From assembly GCA_951406725.2 (NCBI GenBank), contig OX597827.1, positions 83,514,001 through 83,578,000 of the forward strand: a stretch of 64,000 nt of DNA. Direction: 5' to 3'. The notes under the pieces were generated by a model, which was not told the DNA's origin, searched no databases, and saw nothing but the letters and a program-made list of their open reading frames with translations. This DNA is from Octopus vulgaris. Lineage: Eukaryota. The first letter of the stretch is position 1. Each line of letters starts with the position of its first letter. Position numbers and translations under genes: made by a program. Of this stretch, positions 11,975 through 25,884 are shown in pieces.

Positions 11975-13178
11975 TCATCATCATCATCATTTAACGTCCA
12001 CTTTCCATGCTGGCATGGGTTGGACGATTTGACTGAGGTTTGGCGAACCAGAAGGCTGCACCAGGCTCCAATCTGATCTGGCAGAATTTCTACAGCTGGA
12101 TGCCCTTCCTAACGCCAACCACTCCAAGAGTGTAGTGGGTGCTTTTACGTGCCACCAGCATGAGGGCCAGTCAGGTAGTACTGGCAACGGCCACGCTCAA
12201 ATAGTGTTTTTTACGTACCACCTGCACAGGAGCCAGTCCAGCCTCAAAAGATCTTCACAAGCAGAGTTTAGTTTCCAATGGAGGAAAGTTATGCATAAGT
12301 GGGCTGGTTACACCCCTGTCATAGGCCACAGATTATGGTCTCCCTTAGCTTGCCAGGTTTTCTCAAGCACAGCATATTTCCAAAGGTCTGGTCACTAGTC
12401 ATTGCCTCAGTGAGGCCTAATGTTCGAAGGTCGTGCTTCACCACCTCATCCTAGGTCTTCCTGGGTCTACCTCTTCCACAGGTTCCCTCAACTGCTAGGG
12501 TGTGGCACTTTTTCACACAGCTATCCTCATCCATTTTCACCACATGACCATACCAGCGCAGTCATCTCTCTTGCACACCACATCTGATGCTTCTTAGGTC
12601 CAACTTTTCTCCCAAGGTACTTACACTCTGTCAAGTATGCACACTGACATTACACACCCAGCGGATCATACTGGCTTCACTCTTGCAAGCTTACGCATGA
12701 ACACAGCAGTCACAGCCCATGTTTCACTGCCATGTAGCATGGCTGTTCATACACATGCGTCATACAGTCTACCTTTTACTCTGAGCGAGAGGCCTTTTGT
12801 CACCAGCAGAGGTAAGAGCTCTCTGAACTTTGCCCAGGCTATTCTTATTCAAGCAGCTACACTTTCAGTGCACACTCTCCCATTACTGATTTGGTCACCT
12901 AGATAACGGAAGCTATCAACTACTTCTAGTTTTTCTCCCTGGAATGTGGCAGAAGTTGTTCTCTGCACATTTTCAGTGTTTATTGCTCCTGAGCATCTGC
13001 CACATACGAAAACTATCTTCCCAGTTAGCCTTCCTTTGATATTACTGCACCTCTTATGTGTCCATAGCTTACACTGGGTACATCTTATAGAGTTTCTACC
13101 TATGCCTTTTCTACAGATCGGGATTTGTGGTTTGTCTGCCTTCTTACTTATTAGGACTTTGGTTTTAGCTAGGTTGAC
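11975..13178 (-). mobile_element. RTE-clade LINE 3' fragment
   Basis: Reverse complement of the family ORF2 end and 3' UTR, with a (CAT)n tail at 11975-11990. Confidence 0.9.
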
Positions 13179-13224
13179 ATATATATATAGAAAAGAAAGT
13201 TATTTCATTTCACACAGGTAGAAA

Positions 13225-13888
13225 TATAGGAAAAATAGAAGTTGAAAATGCACTGAGAAAAATTAAAATATTTATTATTATTATAATATTTAATGCTTTA
13301 ACCGGTTTCACAATTTACACTGATTGTCAAACAGTTCAAATAGAAAGACATGGCTTATGTTGCAGTCGTCTTGCTTCTGACTTGTGTTTGAAGCTTGCCA
13401 TATTTCTATAGGGAATTCATGGCTCAAATTAGTAAATGTTTTGAATAGGATTTGATTGGTCACATGACTGGTCTTAGAAAGTTTTGCAGGTTCCCGCTAC
13501 ATCCATGTGTTAGTATCAAGTGACAATGTTTTGTGTGGTAAGTTAAGGTTGACTTGGTTGACTGAAAATATCCTAACAATCAATGCTCTGAATGTTTTCT
13601 GTCAACTGTTTGTAGAGAATGAACACATGATTCAGTTTATAACCTTTTGTATGTTTCATGTGACTATCCTCCACCAATCAAATCCTATTCAAAACATTTA
13701 CTAATTTGAGCCATGAACTCCCTATAGAAATATGGCAAGCTTCAAACACAAGTCAGAAGCAAGACAACTGCGACATAAGCCATGTTTGAAAATCAGTGTA
13801 AACTGTGAAACCAATTAAAGCATTAAATGTATTAATAAAAAATATTTTAATTATTCTCAGTGCATTTTCAACTTCTATTTTTCCTATA
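13225..13888. mobile_element. Fold-back element with ~230-bp high-identity inverted arms
   Basis: 13225-13461 is the reverse complement of 13673-13888 apart from one gap. It is flanked by (TA)n and has GAAACCGGTTA near the outer end. Confidence 0.88.
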
Positions 13889-13900
13889 TATATATATATA

Positions 13901-15283
13901 TATCATCATCATCATCGTTTAACGTCTGTTTTCCATGCTAGCAAGGGTTGGATGGTTCGACTGGGGTTTGGGAAGCCAGGAGGCTGCACCAGACTCCAGT
14001 CTGATCTGGCAGTGTTTCTTCAGCTGGATACCCTTCCTAACACCAACCACACCATGAATGTAGTGGGTGCTTTTTATGTGCCACCAGCACATGGGCCAGA
14101 GGAGGCTGACAACAGCCATGATCAGTTGGTCCTTTTTACATGCCACCGGCACGGAAGCCAGTGACATTGGCCACGTTCAGATGGTGCTTTTTATGTGCCA
14201 CCAGCACAGGTGTCAAAACTAAAATTTCCATTTGATTTTCATTTTGATGTTGATGTACTCAACTCAATAGGTCTCCTCAAGCACAGCAGGTCGCACTACA
14301 ATCCAAGGTACTTTTGAATGAGGTGGGGCTGGTTATGTGAAACCAGTGTAGGATACAACCATGAACTCACTTTATTTGCCAGGTCTTCGAAGTCACAGCA
14401 TATCTCCAGAGATCTGTCTTTCATCATTTCCTCTGTGAGGCCCAACATTCAAAGGTCATGCTTCACCACCTCATCCCATGTCTTCCTGGGTCTACCTCAA
14501 CCCTGGATTCCTTCAACTATTTGGGAGTGGCACTTCACTCAGCTCTCCTCACCCATCTATAGTACATGACCATACCAGCACAAACGTCTCTCTTGCACAT
14601 TACATCCGATGCTTCTTATGTCCAACATTTCTCTCAGGGCGCTTATACTCTGTTGTGTGTGCACACTGACATTACATAACCAGCGGATCATGTTAGCTTC
14701 ATTTCTTTCAAGCCTACGGATGTCCTCCACAATCATGGCTCATGTTGCACTGCCGTGAAGCACACATGCATCGTACAATCTACTTTTCACTCTGAGCGAG
14801 AGGCCCTTTGTAACCAGTAGGGTAGAAGCTTTCTAAACTTCGCCCAGGCTATTCTTATTCTAGTGGTAACACTCTCTGAGCATCCACCCCCGCTACTAAC
14901 TTGGTTACCTAGGTAGCGGAAGCTATCAACTATTTCAAGTTTCTTCCCCTGGAGTGTGATGGAATCTGTTTTCTGAGCATCTGTGGTGTCTATTGCCCCT
15001 GTGCATCTGCTGCACACAAAAGCTATCTTCTTGGTTAATCTTCCTTTGATGTTTCTGCACCTCTTATGTGACAATAGTTTAAACTGGGTACATCTTATGG
15101 AGTTTCTACCTATACCTTTTCTACAGATCGAGCAGGGCCACCTACCTGAGGGGGTGTGTGATGTGTTTGCCTTCCTACTTACTAGAACTTTGGTCTTTGC
15201 TAGATTTACTCTAAGGCCTTTCGACTCTAAACCTTGCTTCCACACCTGAAATTTCTTCTCTAGTTCTGGTAGTGATTCTGCCA
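13901..15283 (-). mobile_element. RTE-clade LINE 3' fragment (young subfamily)
   Basis: ORF 14787-15284 GLRVNLAKTKVL...WPCSICRKG...SFRYLG, nearly the same as the copies at 25885-28345 and 2273-3846. Confidence 0.92.
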
Positions 15284-15429
15284 ATCTAATTGCCTGGCCC
15301 CCTCCCCCAAAATTTCAGTCTTTGTGCCTAGAGTAGAAAAGAATATACTTCACAATCACACAGTTCCAGATTCAGTCACAACTATACAACATTCTAGGCA
15401 TTCATGTAGATGAATACCTTGTGAGTGAA

Positions 15430-15804
15430 TTTCTAAGGCACCCTCCAACCTCTATCATTTTTGCTGCACTCACTCACTTCCTCCTACAAACTTATTTTTT
15501 CTCACTGTCCTCTCCTCACAGCTTCTCCATCTCCTCAACACCCTCTCATCCCTCCCTTTCTACTCTACCTCCATAACCCCCACATCTCTCCTTCAATAAC
15601 TCTTTCCAGATCCTTGCCACTCTCATCTATTTCTCTTTTACATTCACTTTCAACCCATACTCATCCTTGTCTGGGATAGCCCTGACACTGCTATGCAGAA
15701 CCCACCTACACACTCTTACCACTGTCTCTCTCCTTTTTTCTCTAACCCTTCACAGTAATTCCTTCTCTTTCCCATTTTCCTTCAATACTCCCTTCCCCAA
15801 TACT

Positions 15805-15850
<46 letters not shown>

Positions 15851-16165
15851 CACCACTACCTTCTCACAACCACAATTTTCTACTCTCCTTATCATCCCAA
15901 CTAGAATCATTGAACCCTCTTCTATTTTTTCTGTTATAGGGGCTCTTTTTAGGCCTTCTTTCTTTTGTGTTTTTTTTTTTTTTTACATGTTTCAAAGCAG
16001 CCTTGCTAGTGCTGGTGCCATGTAGAGGGGTTGGCATTAGGAAGAACATCCAGCTATAGAAAACATGACAAAACTGAAATACATGGTCCTTTGGCTCATC
16101 AAATTTTGTCAAATCTTCCAACTCATGCCAGCATGGAAAATGAGCATTAAATAATGATGATGATA
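15430..16165 (+). repeat. CT-rich tract followed by an RTE-type 3' tail
   Basis: Pyrimidine-rich 15430-15920 includes (CT)n. The tail GTTGGCATTAGGAAGAACATCCAGC...GATGATGAT follows. Confidence 0.6.
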
Positions 16166-16794
16166 AAGGAAAGACAGAAGGGAAGAAGGAAGGAAGAACA
16201 AGATAGATAGATATAGATATATTAATTATAACAACTGAAAAAAATGAGTACTCAATGCTGGGAGGAAATGACCTAATAATTGTTATTAACATCAGCATAA
16301 GATAAATTAATAATTGCTCCTAAAAGGATAGAATGCTAGAAGTTTGGAGGAAGGGAAACAGTTGATTACATTGACCACAGTACTTACTGCTGCTTTATTT
16401 GAAACAACAGCTAAATCTCCCTTAAATTACACACCTTTTCATTTGAAAATACTTTCAAAACTTTTTTCTTTTTTCACCAAAAAAGCTTCTCCCATAGTTT
16501 TTAAGTGTGTAGTGCCAAAAATTGGCCAAAATAGGTCTAGAGGAAGTCGGATTGGAAGGTGGGTAGGTGGGAGAAAAATAATAAATTTAAAAAAAATTTT
16601 TTTCAAGACAAGCTTATCTCCATCATTTCCAAGAATGATGCAAAAAAAATGGAAAAATTTCCATCAAAATAGAGAAAATCTAACTTATGTGGGCATCCTG
16701 ATCCAAAACTCTGCCATTTATAGCCATTATTGATAGTTTATTAAAATTTTAATGAAATGGTGTCCCAAAATATGAAGATTTATTTAGTTGTATA

Positions 16795-17640
16795 CAAGGG
16801 ATACCCAAAAGTAACCGGAAACATTCTCTGTGGGACAAGCCCTTTGTAGTTCAGGCTTCTGCCACTAGAAGCCACTTGATGCAATCCTCAGGCATCAGTA
16901 TGCCAACAAGCAGTATCGAATGAAGTTGTACTGCTATGTGGTACATCTTTGTTTTGCGGTACTTCCCTGTTTGTCAATTTTCACGATGGCTGAAATAAAA
17001 GAATGATGTGCTTCTATAAAATTCTGTTTTCTGCTGGGAAAAACAGCAATCAAAACAACTGTCATGCTTCAAACAGCTTATGTGGATGCTGCTATGAGCA
17101 AGACACAAGTTTAAGAGTGGTTCACATGCTTTAGGAATGGTCACTTGTTGCTTGAAGATCAACCGTCGACCTCCTGAACAAATGAAAACATCATTAAATT
17201 CATGAACTGATCTTGGAAAACTGTCACTGAACATCTGATGAACTTGTTGATATGATTAGTTTGTCCTGGAGCTCCTACCAACAAATTTTGAGTGAGGAAT
17301 TGCAAAACTGAAAAGAGTTGCAGCAAAATCTGAGCCTCACTTTCTCAAGGAAGATCATAAGCAGTCACAACTGAATGCATGTCACGAACTGAAAGAACAG
17401 TGATGAAAGCTGGCACTTTGAAATTTGCAGATATGGAAGAGGTGAAGAATAAAATGACAGAAGCGTTAAAATGTATCACTTCACAAGAGTTCCAGCACTG
17501 CTTTGAACAGTGGAAAACATGTCTGAACCAATGCATTGCTTCAAATAGAGAATACTTTGAAGACGATAAAAGTGTAAACATGTAAAACTAAGTGAATAAA
17601 ATAACATTGCAAAATTCCGGTTTCTTTTGGGCATCCGTCA
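16795..17640 (+). mobile_element. Internally deleted mariner with TIRs and TA target duplication
   Basis: TA|CAAGGGATACCCAAAAGTAACCGGAA ... TTCCGGTTTCTTTTGGGCATCCGTCA|TA. It keeps the N-terminal IKFCFLLGKTA and C-terminal FEQWKTCLNQCIASNREYFE. Confidence 0.88.
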
Positions 17641-18057
17641 TAGCTACTACAAATGCCAAAACTCAAGTCCTTGTGGTTTGGGATTTAACTAGGTCTGAAA
17701 ACACTGCAAAATTGACTGTTTGTAATGTAACAAAATAAGCTTTACATAAATATTTTAAAAATTGCCAAAAACTGTTTTCTTTCGAAAACCTGATAAAAAT
17801 AGGTAAATGCTATACCATGGTTACTATTAGTTTGTGTAGTTTGAAGATGATTATCACCTCAGTTTCAAAAATATGACATCACAAATGTGGCTAATTATTC
17901 ATTTAGGCTAATTAAGCAAGATTTTGACTGATTCACTAACCATTCAAATTGTCATATCTCCTAAAATATTCATCCAAATTTCACAAATGAGGTATCAAAA
18001 TGTTTCTTTTTGGATGCTCTCCAAGAAAAAGTACAGTACAAATTACATTTAAATCAT

Positions 18058-19710
18058 TATCATCATCATCATCATCATTTAAGGTCTGTTGTCCATGCTG
18101 GAATGGGTTGGAAGGTTTGATTGGGCTGGCACGCTGGAAGGCTGCACCAGACTCCAATCTGATTTGACATGGTTTTCTATGGCTGGATGCTCCTCCTAAT
18201 GCACACCACTCCGAGAGTGTAATGGGCGCTTTTACGTGCCACTGGAACAGGTGACATTTGTATGATGCCGGGGTGCGTTTACATGCCACCAGCATGGGTG
18301 CCAATTTGTGTGATACTAGTATTTGCTATGACTGCAATTTTGCTAGGTTTGATAGGTCTTCTTCTCAGCCACCTTGCCTCCATGAGGCCCTACACAAGAA
18401 GGGAACTCAACCACTTTGCCTCCATGAAGCCTAATACTCAAAAGGAACTCAGCCATTTTGCCTTCATGAGGCCCAATTTCAGAAGTTGATACTTTATGTG
18501 CCACCAACATGGATGCATTTGGCCTGATGGGTCCTCTCAAGCACATCCCCAAAGTTCTCAGTCACTAGTCATTGCTTCTGTGAAGTTCAAAGTTCGAAGA
18601 TCATGCTTCACCACTTCATCCCATGTCTTCCTGGGTTTACCTCTACCACAGATTCTTCCACAGTTAGAAATCAGCAATTCTTTACACAGCTGTCCTTGTC
18701 CATACACATCATATGTCCATACCAGCGCAGTCGTCTCTCTTGCACACCACATATGATGCCTCTTATGCCTAACTTTTCTCTCAAGATGCTTACACTTTGT
18801 CAAACATGCACACTGACATTGCACATCCAGCGAAGCATACTGGCTTCATTTCTCTCAAGCCTGTGCATGTCCTTGGCTGTTATAGCCCATGTTTTACTGC
18901 CATGCAGCATAGCTATTTGCACACAGGCATCAAACAATCTATGTTTCACTCTGAGAGAGAGGCCCTTTGTTGCCAGCAGGGGTAGGAGCTTTCTGAACTT
19001 TGCCCAGCTTAATCTTATTCTCACGGCTACGCTCTCAGAGCATCCACCTCCACTATTAAACTGGTCACCTAGATACTGAAAGCTATCTACTACCTCTGGC
19101 TTGCACCTCTGCCAGTTGATGGGTTTTATTTTCTGTGCATTTTCAGCTTTTATTGTACCCATGCACCTTCCACATACAAAAGTTAGTTTTCCTGTTAACC
19201 ATCTTTTGATGTTGCTGCACCTTTTGTGTGTCCAAAGCTTACACTGGGTACATCTTATAGAGTTTCTACAGATCGAGCAGGGCCATCTACCGATTTTTCT
19301 GCCTTCCTACTTACTAAGACTTTGGTTTTTGCAAGGTTAACTCTAAGGCCCTTTGATTCTAGACCTTGCTTCCATACATGGAACTTCTCCTCTAGTTCAG
19401 GTAGTGATTAAGCTATAAGAACAAGGTCATTGGCATAGAGGAGCTCCCAATGGCAGCCTGTCTTGAATTCCTCTGTTATTGCCTGGAGGACTAGGATGAA
19501 CAGGAGGGGGATAAGTACCAATCCTTGGTGAACCCCTACTTGTACCCTGAATTCTTTGCTGTACTCGTTGCCAACCCTCACCTTGTAGCAGTCGCTGTAC
19601 ATGGCTTGTACAGCTCCCACTAACCACTCATCTATCCCTAGTTTCCACACTGACCACCAGATAAGGGATCAGTGGACACTGTCAAAGGCTTTCTCCAAGT
19701 TAACAAAAGA
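18058..19710 (-). mobile_element. RTE-clade LINE fragment
   Basis: ORFs 19408-19650 (GVHQG...LLYANDL) and 18800-19162. A ~42-bp x3 repeat sits in the 3' UTR at 18370-18485. Confidence 0.9.
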
Positions 19711-20484
19711 AATATGTATATGTTGCTCAACTTGCTAGAAATACAAGCAAAATCTCCCTAAAATCACAGCCTACCATTTTAATAAAGGATACATTGAATA
19801 ATAATGTATTCATAAATATAGAAAATTACAGTGCATCTTTCTATGACATCCAGTACAGTAATGGGCATTATTATTTCTTACAGTGAGCACTAAGTTTAAT
19901 ATTAGTTTGAAAAACAGAAACAACTGTATATAAGAGAACTTACTCCTGCTTTGAAGCACCAAATATAAAATAATTTTAAGTTCTATCCAAAGTTCCTTAC
20001 TTTCAACCTAATCAGTGAGTGATTTGGAATCAAATAATCAAAAACATCAGTATAAGCGTTTCTCTTTTTCCCTCATCCTCTATCCTACTAGATGTGAATA
20101 GCCATGCAGGCCCTTCTACAAGAACCTTCTCTGCCCAACACCCACTTTTCACAGTAACCCCTTCGTTCCCTAGCATGAGCCCCACATCCCCCAGGGTCCA
20201 CAGTCCCATGAACTGCATGGCAACCTCAGTAGTGCAAGTGACACATAATAAGCACCCAGTCCACGTTGTGAAGTGGTTGGTGATCAGAAGAGCATCCAGC
20301 CATAGAAACAATGCCAAAGCAGACATAGGTACATGACGCAGCCCTGAAACAGGCAAATCCTGTCAAACCATCCAGCCTATTCCAGCATGAAACATGGATG
20401 TTAAATGATGATAATGAATTTTATCATACATCACTGAGATACAAGTAAAAACCCAAAGATATTCTGGGCTTCAACCTCTGTCAT

Positions 20485-21010
20485 TAATGACCATGGATGA
20501 AGGTCTTAGTTGTCCACCCCCACTGGAACATCATTGTCTGTGGCTGAACAGTCCAACGCACAAATGGCAGTCTCTGCCACACAAGCTGCACTTGTGGGCT
20601 GTTCCAGTACTGTTTGAGTTGTAGCATTCTTTTCTGTGCATTCACCTTTCTTCCACTGCATTCATCAATTTCCCTAGCATAGGGTTTCCATAGCACTCAA
20701 GCCTGGGCAGCATAGTGTGAATGACAGATTGTTGTGTCACCACTCTCCACAACACTGATGGAGCCAAAGGAACGGCATGATTGTTGAAATTTGGCACCAG
20801 CATTGTTGCACAACAGGAGTTACCAGAAAAAGGTTGTAGATGACATCAAACTGCCTCAGGGCTCTGACTCCAAATTTTTCCTCAAGGTTTACTCCCAAAA
20901 CCTTTCCTACAGCTAGGTATGGTCACAAAGCAGCAGAGGTTTCAAATCAGAGTTTTCTTTTCCCTAGACAGCTTCCCCGCCCTGGCTAACAAGCTCCATC
21001 TGTCTAACTG
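20485..21010 (-). mobile_element. BovB-like RTE remnant (C-terminal zinc finger next to a possible 5' UTR segment)
   Basis: Minus strand translates CSLCGRDCHLCVGLFSHRQ*C, resembling the RTE CxxCGRxCxSxIGLxSH terminus. Confidence 0.55.
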
Positions 21011-21849
21011 ACTTGTTGATTAACTTGTAGCTGGGACTCTGACAAACACTACGATTCTGAGCAAGCTTGAGAACAACAGTGTCTAAGAGGTGTTCTACAC
21101 TCTTCAAAACCCAAAATTAGTAAAAGGTTAAAAAATGAAGATACAATACCCCAAATTCCTCATCCTCAATAGTTCTTCCTGTGGTCATTCTAATAATGTA
21201 TATACCTAATATTTTGTCTTATATTAATTAGTATCAGTATTGTATCTTAACTGAAAATAAAACTTAACATGATGTCTTTGAGATTCTAGAATGAAACAAT
21301 TAAAAACAAAGAAATCTAAATGAATTTTAACTATATTTTCCAAGAGAATCTACTTCAGGGAATCCTACTTGGTTACTCAAACATGAATTCAAACATTCAA
21401 GATTTTGTATCCAGCAGATGTTTAAGACATGATTTTATGTTTTCCTTTAGCAGCTGTATACACTAAGGTACTGGAAAAATAAAGACAATGTCTCAATAAA
21501 AAGATTCTGAGATAGGCAACAACTTTGTGCATTTGTAAAGTTAAGTAATGTGAAGCAGGTTCCTGAGTAGTGAATATTATCGACATTGATTTTTGCTTTC
21601 ATGGAACAGAGACCACCACTGTCTTGTACGTATGGTAAGAAATCATTGTATGAATGTATTTGATTTAAATTCAGGAAGGGACTAATGAAAACTACAGTAT
21701 GCCATAAAAGGTGAATTGTTGTTAAGGTCGTACTCTAAAAATATCCATTGCTGTAAAAAGCTGTCAAAGGTTCCGTCACTGTTGCCTCTAATTTACAATT
21801 AAAATATTTTAGTAATGAAAAGAAAATAAATTAATGATAGAGTTTACAC

Positions 21850-22009
21850 CAGTAGTTCTCAAGCATCCCACCAGCAGCCCCCAACAGTTTTCCCTCTATA
21901 AATATAATTTTTTCTTTAATTGATTTGTATTTTACTTTTTTAGTGTGGTCCCCTAAAAAAATCCAAGTTTTGGATCTGGTCCAGATATTAAAAAGATTGA
22001 GAATCGCTA
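21850..22009. mobile_element. hAT-type MITE
   Basis: Termini CAGTAGTTCTCAA ... TTGAGAATCGCTA resemble CAGTGGTTCTCAA-type TIRs. Confidence 0.6.
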
Positions 22010-22509
22010 GTTTAGGATGTTGATCAAGAAGAAATGTGGATATGTAATGATTATTACAATACATGTAGAAAGAAAAGAATAGACTCTGACGTAGATAATT
22101 AAATAAGATAATCAGACACCTACTTAAAGAATTCTGCAGAAGTGAATTACATTAACTATTGAAACGAGATATAACTAGAGCTGACTTGTCTTTCTCTAGA
22201 ACTTCTGAAATATTAGAATACATCCAAATAGAAAATGGTAGTATTGGGGATATGGGTGATATTTTCTTATAAAGAATGAAGCAGTGAAATATTGAGATTT
22301 ACAACTCTATTTCTTATCTTCCAGAATATTTAGTAACAATCTTTTTTCTATTCTTTTGACAGATAATTTCACAGTACAGAAGAACATGAAAAGTTTCCTG
22401 GACCAGTCATGTAAAAGAGGTTTGAAAAAAATTAATAACAGGTTCTTATTTTAATTCTATTCATTTTTTTTCCATACAAATGCTATATACCAGGATTTTT
22501 TTTTTTTAC

Positions 22510-22985
22510 TTATTTACTTGCTGAGTCTGGAGGAAGGTGGTGCCCACAGCCTTTGAAAACCCTTGAAGACCAATGAGATTGATGCTATTAATGATCTTCT
22601 TGAACAAGAAAGGTATGAGAAGGGAGGGAATTCGAGAGGCTAAATATTCTGGGAAGAAAGTCTACAAGGTGTACTGATTAGTGGTGGACCTGAGAAGGTT
22701 GGACACAACAAGAATGGTAAGAGGAGAAAAGACAAGTGGGTCGGGAATCCCTAAGCATCTTTAGATAAAAGATTGCACACCTGAAGGCCAGAAGTCAGAG
22801 CATGTCTGTGAATGACTTTATGCCACTCGCTCTGATGGCCCTTTTCTTGATGTGGTACAGGATGTGTCTGTGTCTGTAGCAACAACACCATTCTAGATAT
22901 GAGAGCAACACTCCAGTGTGGGCCTCATTTCAGCTTAGTGAAGTGTCACTACTTACTATGGAAGAAGTATCTTCCACTGCTTCTC
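22510..22985 (-). mobile_element. Old CR1-group LINE 3' fragment
   Basis: Minus strand KAEMRPTLECCSHI*NG...HIKKRAIR and FKKIINSIN resemble the CR1-group YKAxxRPxLEYCSHxW motif and terminus. Confidence 0.6.
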
Positions 22986-23745
22986 AGTTTCCTTACAGGT
23001 ATAATTAACAATGGAGCTACTAAATCGACCATTAAAGATAACACCTGTTTTGTTTGATTCAACTATCTGTGATACATTTGCAGTTTCCTCTACCTCCATG
23101 CTTTTAATAATTCTCATTTGATATTTGTCACTGTTTCAATCATATTTCCATATCTCTTTCCACTCCCACTGAAGACAATAACACTTGTGTCATTTCAAAC
23201 AAACTTCTACTTAATGTCATTCTTAGTCCATTATAAACACACTGCTCTGCCTGGTGGAAAACTTCATGCCTGCCATTCTGAGAATTTCACCAGCTCTTAG
23301 TTTCTTTCAGATCTCAGTAAACTTGTCATCTGACTTTCATTCTATCTGCCTTGCAATGCCCATTGCCACTCACTTTTTTCCCATTCTTTCTACTTTGCTC
23401 TTATATCTGCTACCAAAGCACAGTCCTACACCAGTTACAAAACTTTCACCAGTATTTCTTTCCATAACACCCAAATGTCCTCCTCTCTATCCAAATAGAC
23501 ACTATCTTTTACTAGAGAGACACCACCTATCCGAATCGACACTGTCAGTATTAATTGAAATTTTCACAAGCATCTTTTAATATCCAGAAAATTGTTTATC
23601 AATTTACTGAAATATATTTTCTATGACCAAGCAGAACAAAAGAAGATTCCTCTAGGAAACCATTTTACAACATTTACAATTCACAACAATTCACAAGTCT
23701 CTATTAGTCAAGATGCCTCACGGAGAGCTGGACTAAGGTATTTAA

Positions 23746-23961
23746 CTCTTTAGTATTCAGATTACCCTGTTAAATGTAATGCTTATTAATTCACATTGTT
23801 TTGAATTAATCATGCATGATCTTGTAGTTTCGAGATTTTGATGAAGAAATTGCTTATTTTTAGAATGACATTGTAGATGTGAGAGGCTGTATCTAGCCAG
23901 CTTCAATGTAAAACAAGGTAGATTATTTGGGCCTGATACGGCCTGTTTCAATGCTCAAAAG
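23746..23961. mobile_element. TTAA-flanked MITE (piggyBac-like)
   Basis: TTAA|CTCTTTAGTATT ... AATGCTCAAAAG|TTAA. Confidence 0.6.
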
Positions 23962-24554
23962 TTAAAGCAGACTTAAATCACAATTAGACCCAAGTCATAA
24001 AAAAATGAGATAATAAAAGACATTGTTATTATTACTGTTGTCTGTCAATAACATTGTCATTTTGGAATAAAGTTGGAAGGAAGACTTTTAGAGCAGAAAA
24101 ACAATAAAAAAAAGTAAAACCCCAAGATAATGGAAGCATATATATAATGTGGATGTCATTCTGATATAAAAATCGCAATAATATTACCTCTATGATATTT
24201 AGTAGAAGGGATCATTGTTAGAGTGTAGTGAAAGGAGTCACTAATGAATCTTCCATATCAAATTGAATCTATAAGGTTCAGATGAGATATCAAAATTGTT
24301 CAAAATAAATCTCACACAATTTTCTCATATGTAAATTCTACTTTAGAAATTTCAATGAAATTGTTTCTTGGTTAAAATCCTGCTACAATTTTGTTAGAGT
24401 CATAGAAAGTGAATTTGTTAAATGATATTACCAATGATGATTAGCCTTGCAATCATTTCAAAACCTCCTTTCTGCCACAAAACATTATCATAATTTTATA
24501 TAATGTTTTACACATATCTAATATATGTAGACATAACATCCAACATTCTTCAGT

Positions 24555-24832
24555 TAACTGGCACTCCATCAATTACAACAACAAGGATTCCACTTGATCT
24601 GATCAACAGAACAGCCAGCTCATGAAATTAATGTGGAAGCGGTTGAGCACCCCACAGACATGCATCTGAAGGGAGATTCAGCGTGACATAAAGCATGGCA
24701 AGCTTGACCCTTTGAATTACAAACACAATTCAATTTTGCCAGCTGAGCGGACTGGAGCAACATGAAATCTCCTCCAGGAATTGAACTCACAACTGTGAGC
24801 CAAATACACTGGACACTAAACCACACACCTTC
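24555..24832 (-). mobile_element. tRNA-derived SINE, diverged
   Basis: Its 3' half is the reverse complement of 4020-4170, with a B-box-like GAGTTCAATTCC on the minus strand. Confidence 0.65.
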
Positions 24833-25884
24833 ACTCACGTTCTTCAATAGGTTGAGCTAATCAACTAAGACAGTCAACATTAGCTGAGAAGGTTTGGTAT
24901 TGGCTTAAACTACAGATATTTGCACTAGATTCCAGTTTGTTGTTTCATATCTCAAATTCATTCTCTTTATGATTAAATTTCATTCTCAATCTTCCAAAAT
25001 TGGTAAATAAGAATTAATGAATAGCAACAATATACTCATGTTCAAAATAGTTTCCTATATAAGAAAGACATTGTGAAGTAACCAATCAAGTAGCTAAACT
25101 GATTGCAAGATTAGATAAATATTATAGTTATTCATTCATCTTAGCTCGCCTGATCTATATTTTACACTAAAGTAAAACCTTAATCATTTTTTTTTTAAAT
25201 GAAACTGTTAAAATGAAAACCCAGCAAGGAAAGATAGTTGAACATATTCAATAGATAGAATACTTTTAGATTAATTATTCAATCAAACCTAATGAATTCA
25301 GAAATTATTTCCATGTATCAACTCAAGTAATAAAATATAATAAATTATTTGAAAAATTAACAGTAATTATTCTGGTCTCCAATTAAATACCATATAATTT
25401 GAGTGCAACTTTGTTTTGTCTTTATACTATATTTCGTTGGTGTATTTATTTGGCTATTTAAAAAACATTTATAAAACAGTATTCATTTTGACATATATAG
25501 TTATGCTCACCTAATACATTACATAACTGGTTTATTATCCATTTTTCTTACCTGATGAGACGACAGGCTCTACTACGACTATTACTACTACTACTGTTTT
25601 TCTAATTAAGACCTAGGACAATAAGTAACACTATTTCTACCAACCACATCATAATCAAAACCGAACATGTATGTCTTTGTTTACTTCACACATCATAATA
25701 TTCAACTAGAATTCTGCTCCAGTTTCTATAGATTATCTACCCCCATTGTCTATATTTTATCACTTTACTGTTTTATACAGCTTACTCATCATATGAAGAG
25801 AGTAACTGTTATCAACACAAGTGGGAGCTTATTACCCAACATCTTGAAGAGTATTAATTGGGCCAGCTAAATAACAGCTATATA

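Noticed and set aside
21610-21634. DHHC palmitoyltransferase motif (DHHCLVRM in one frame)
   Set aside because: The flanking Cys-rich domain and the W.NNC context are missing, so a chance match is likely.
25552-25580. Hammerhead at CTGATGAGAC on the plus strand
   Set aside because: There is no GAAA core strand or closing helices downstream.
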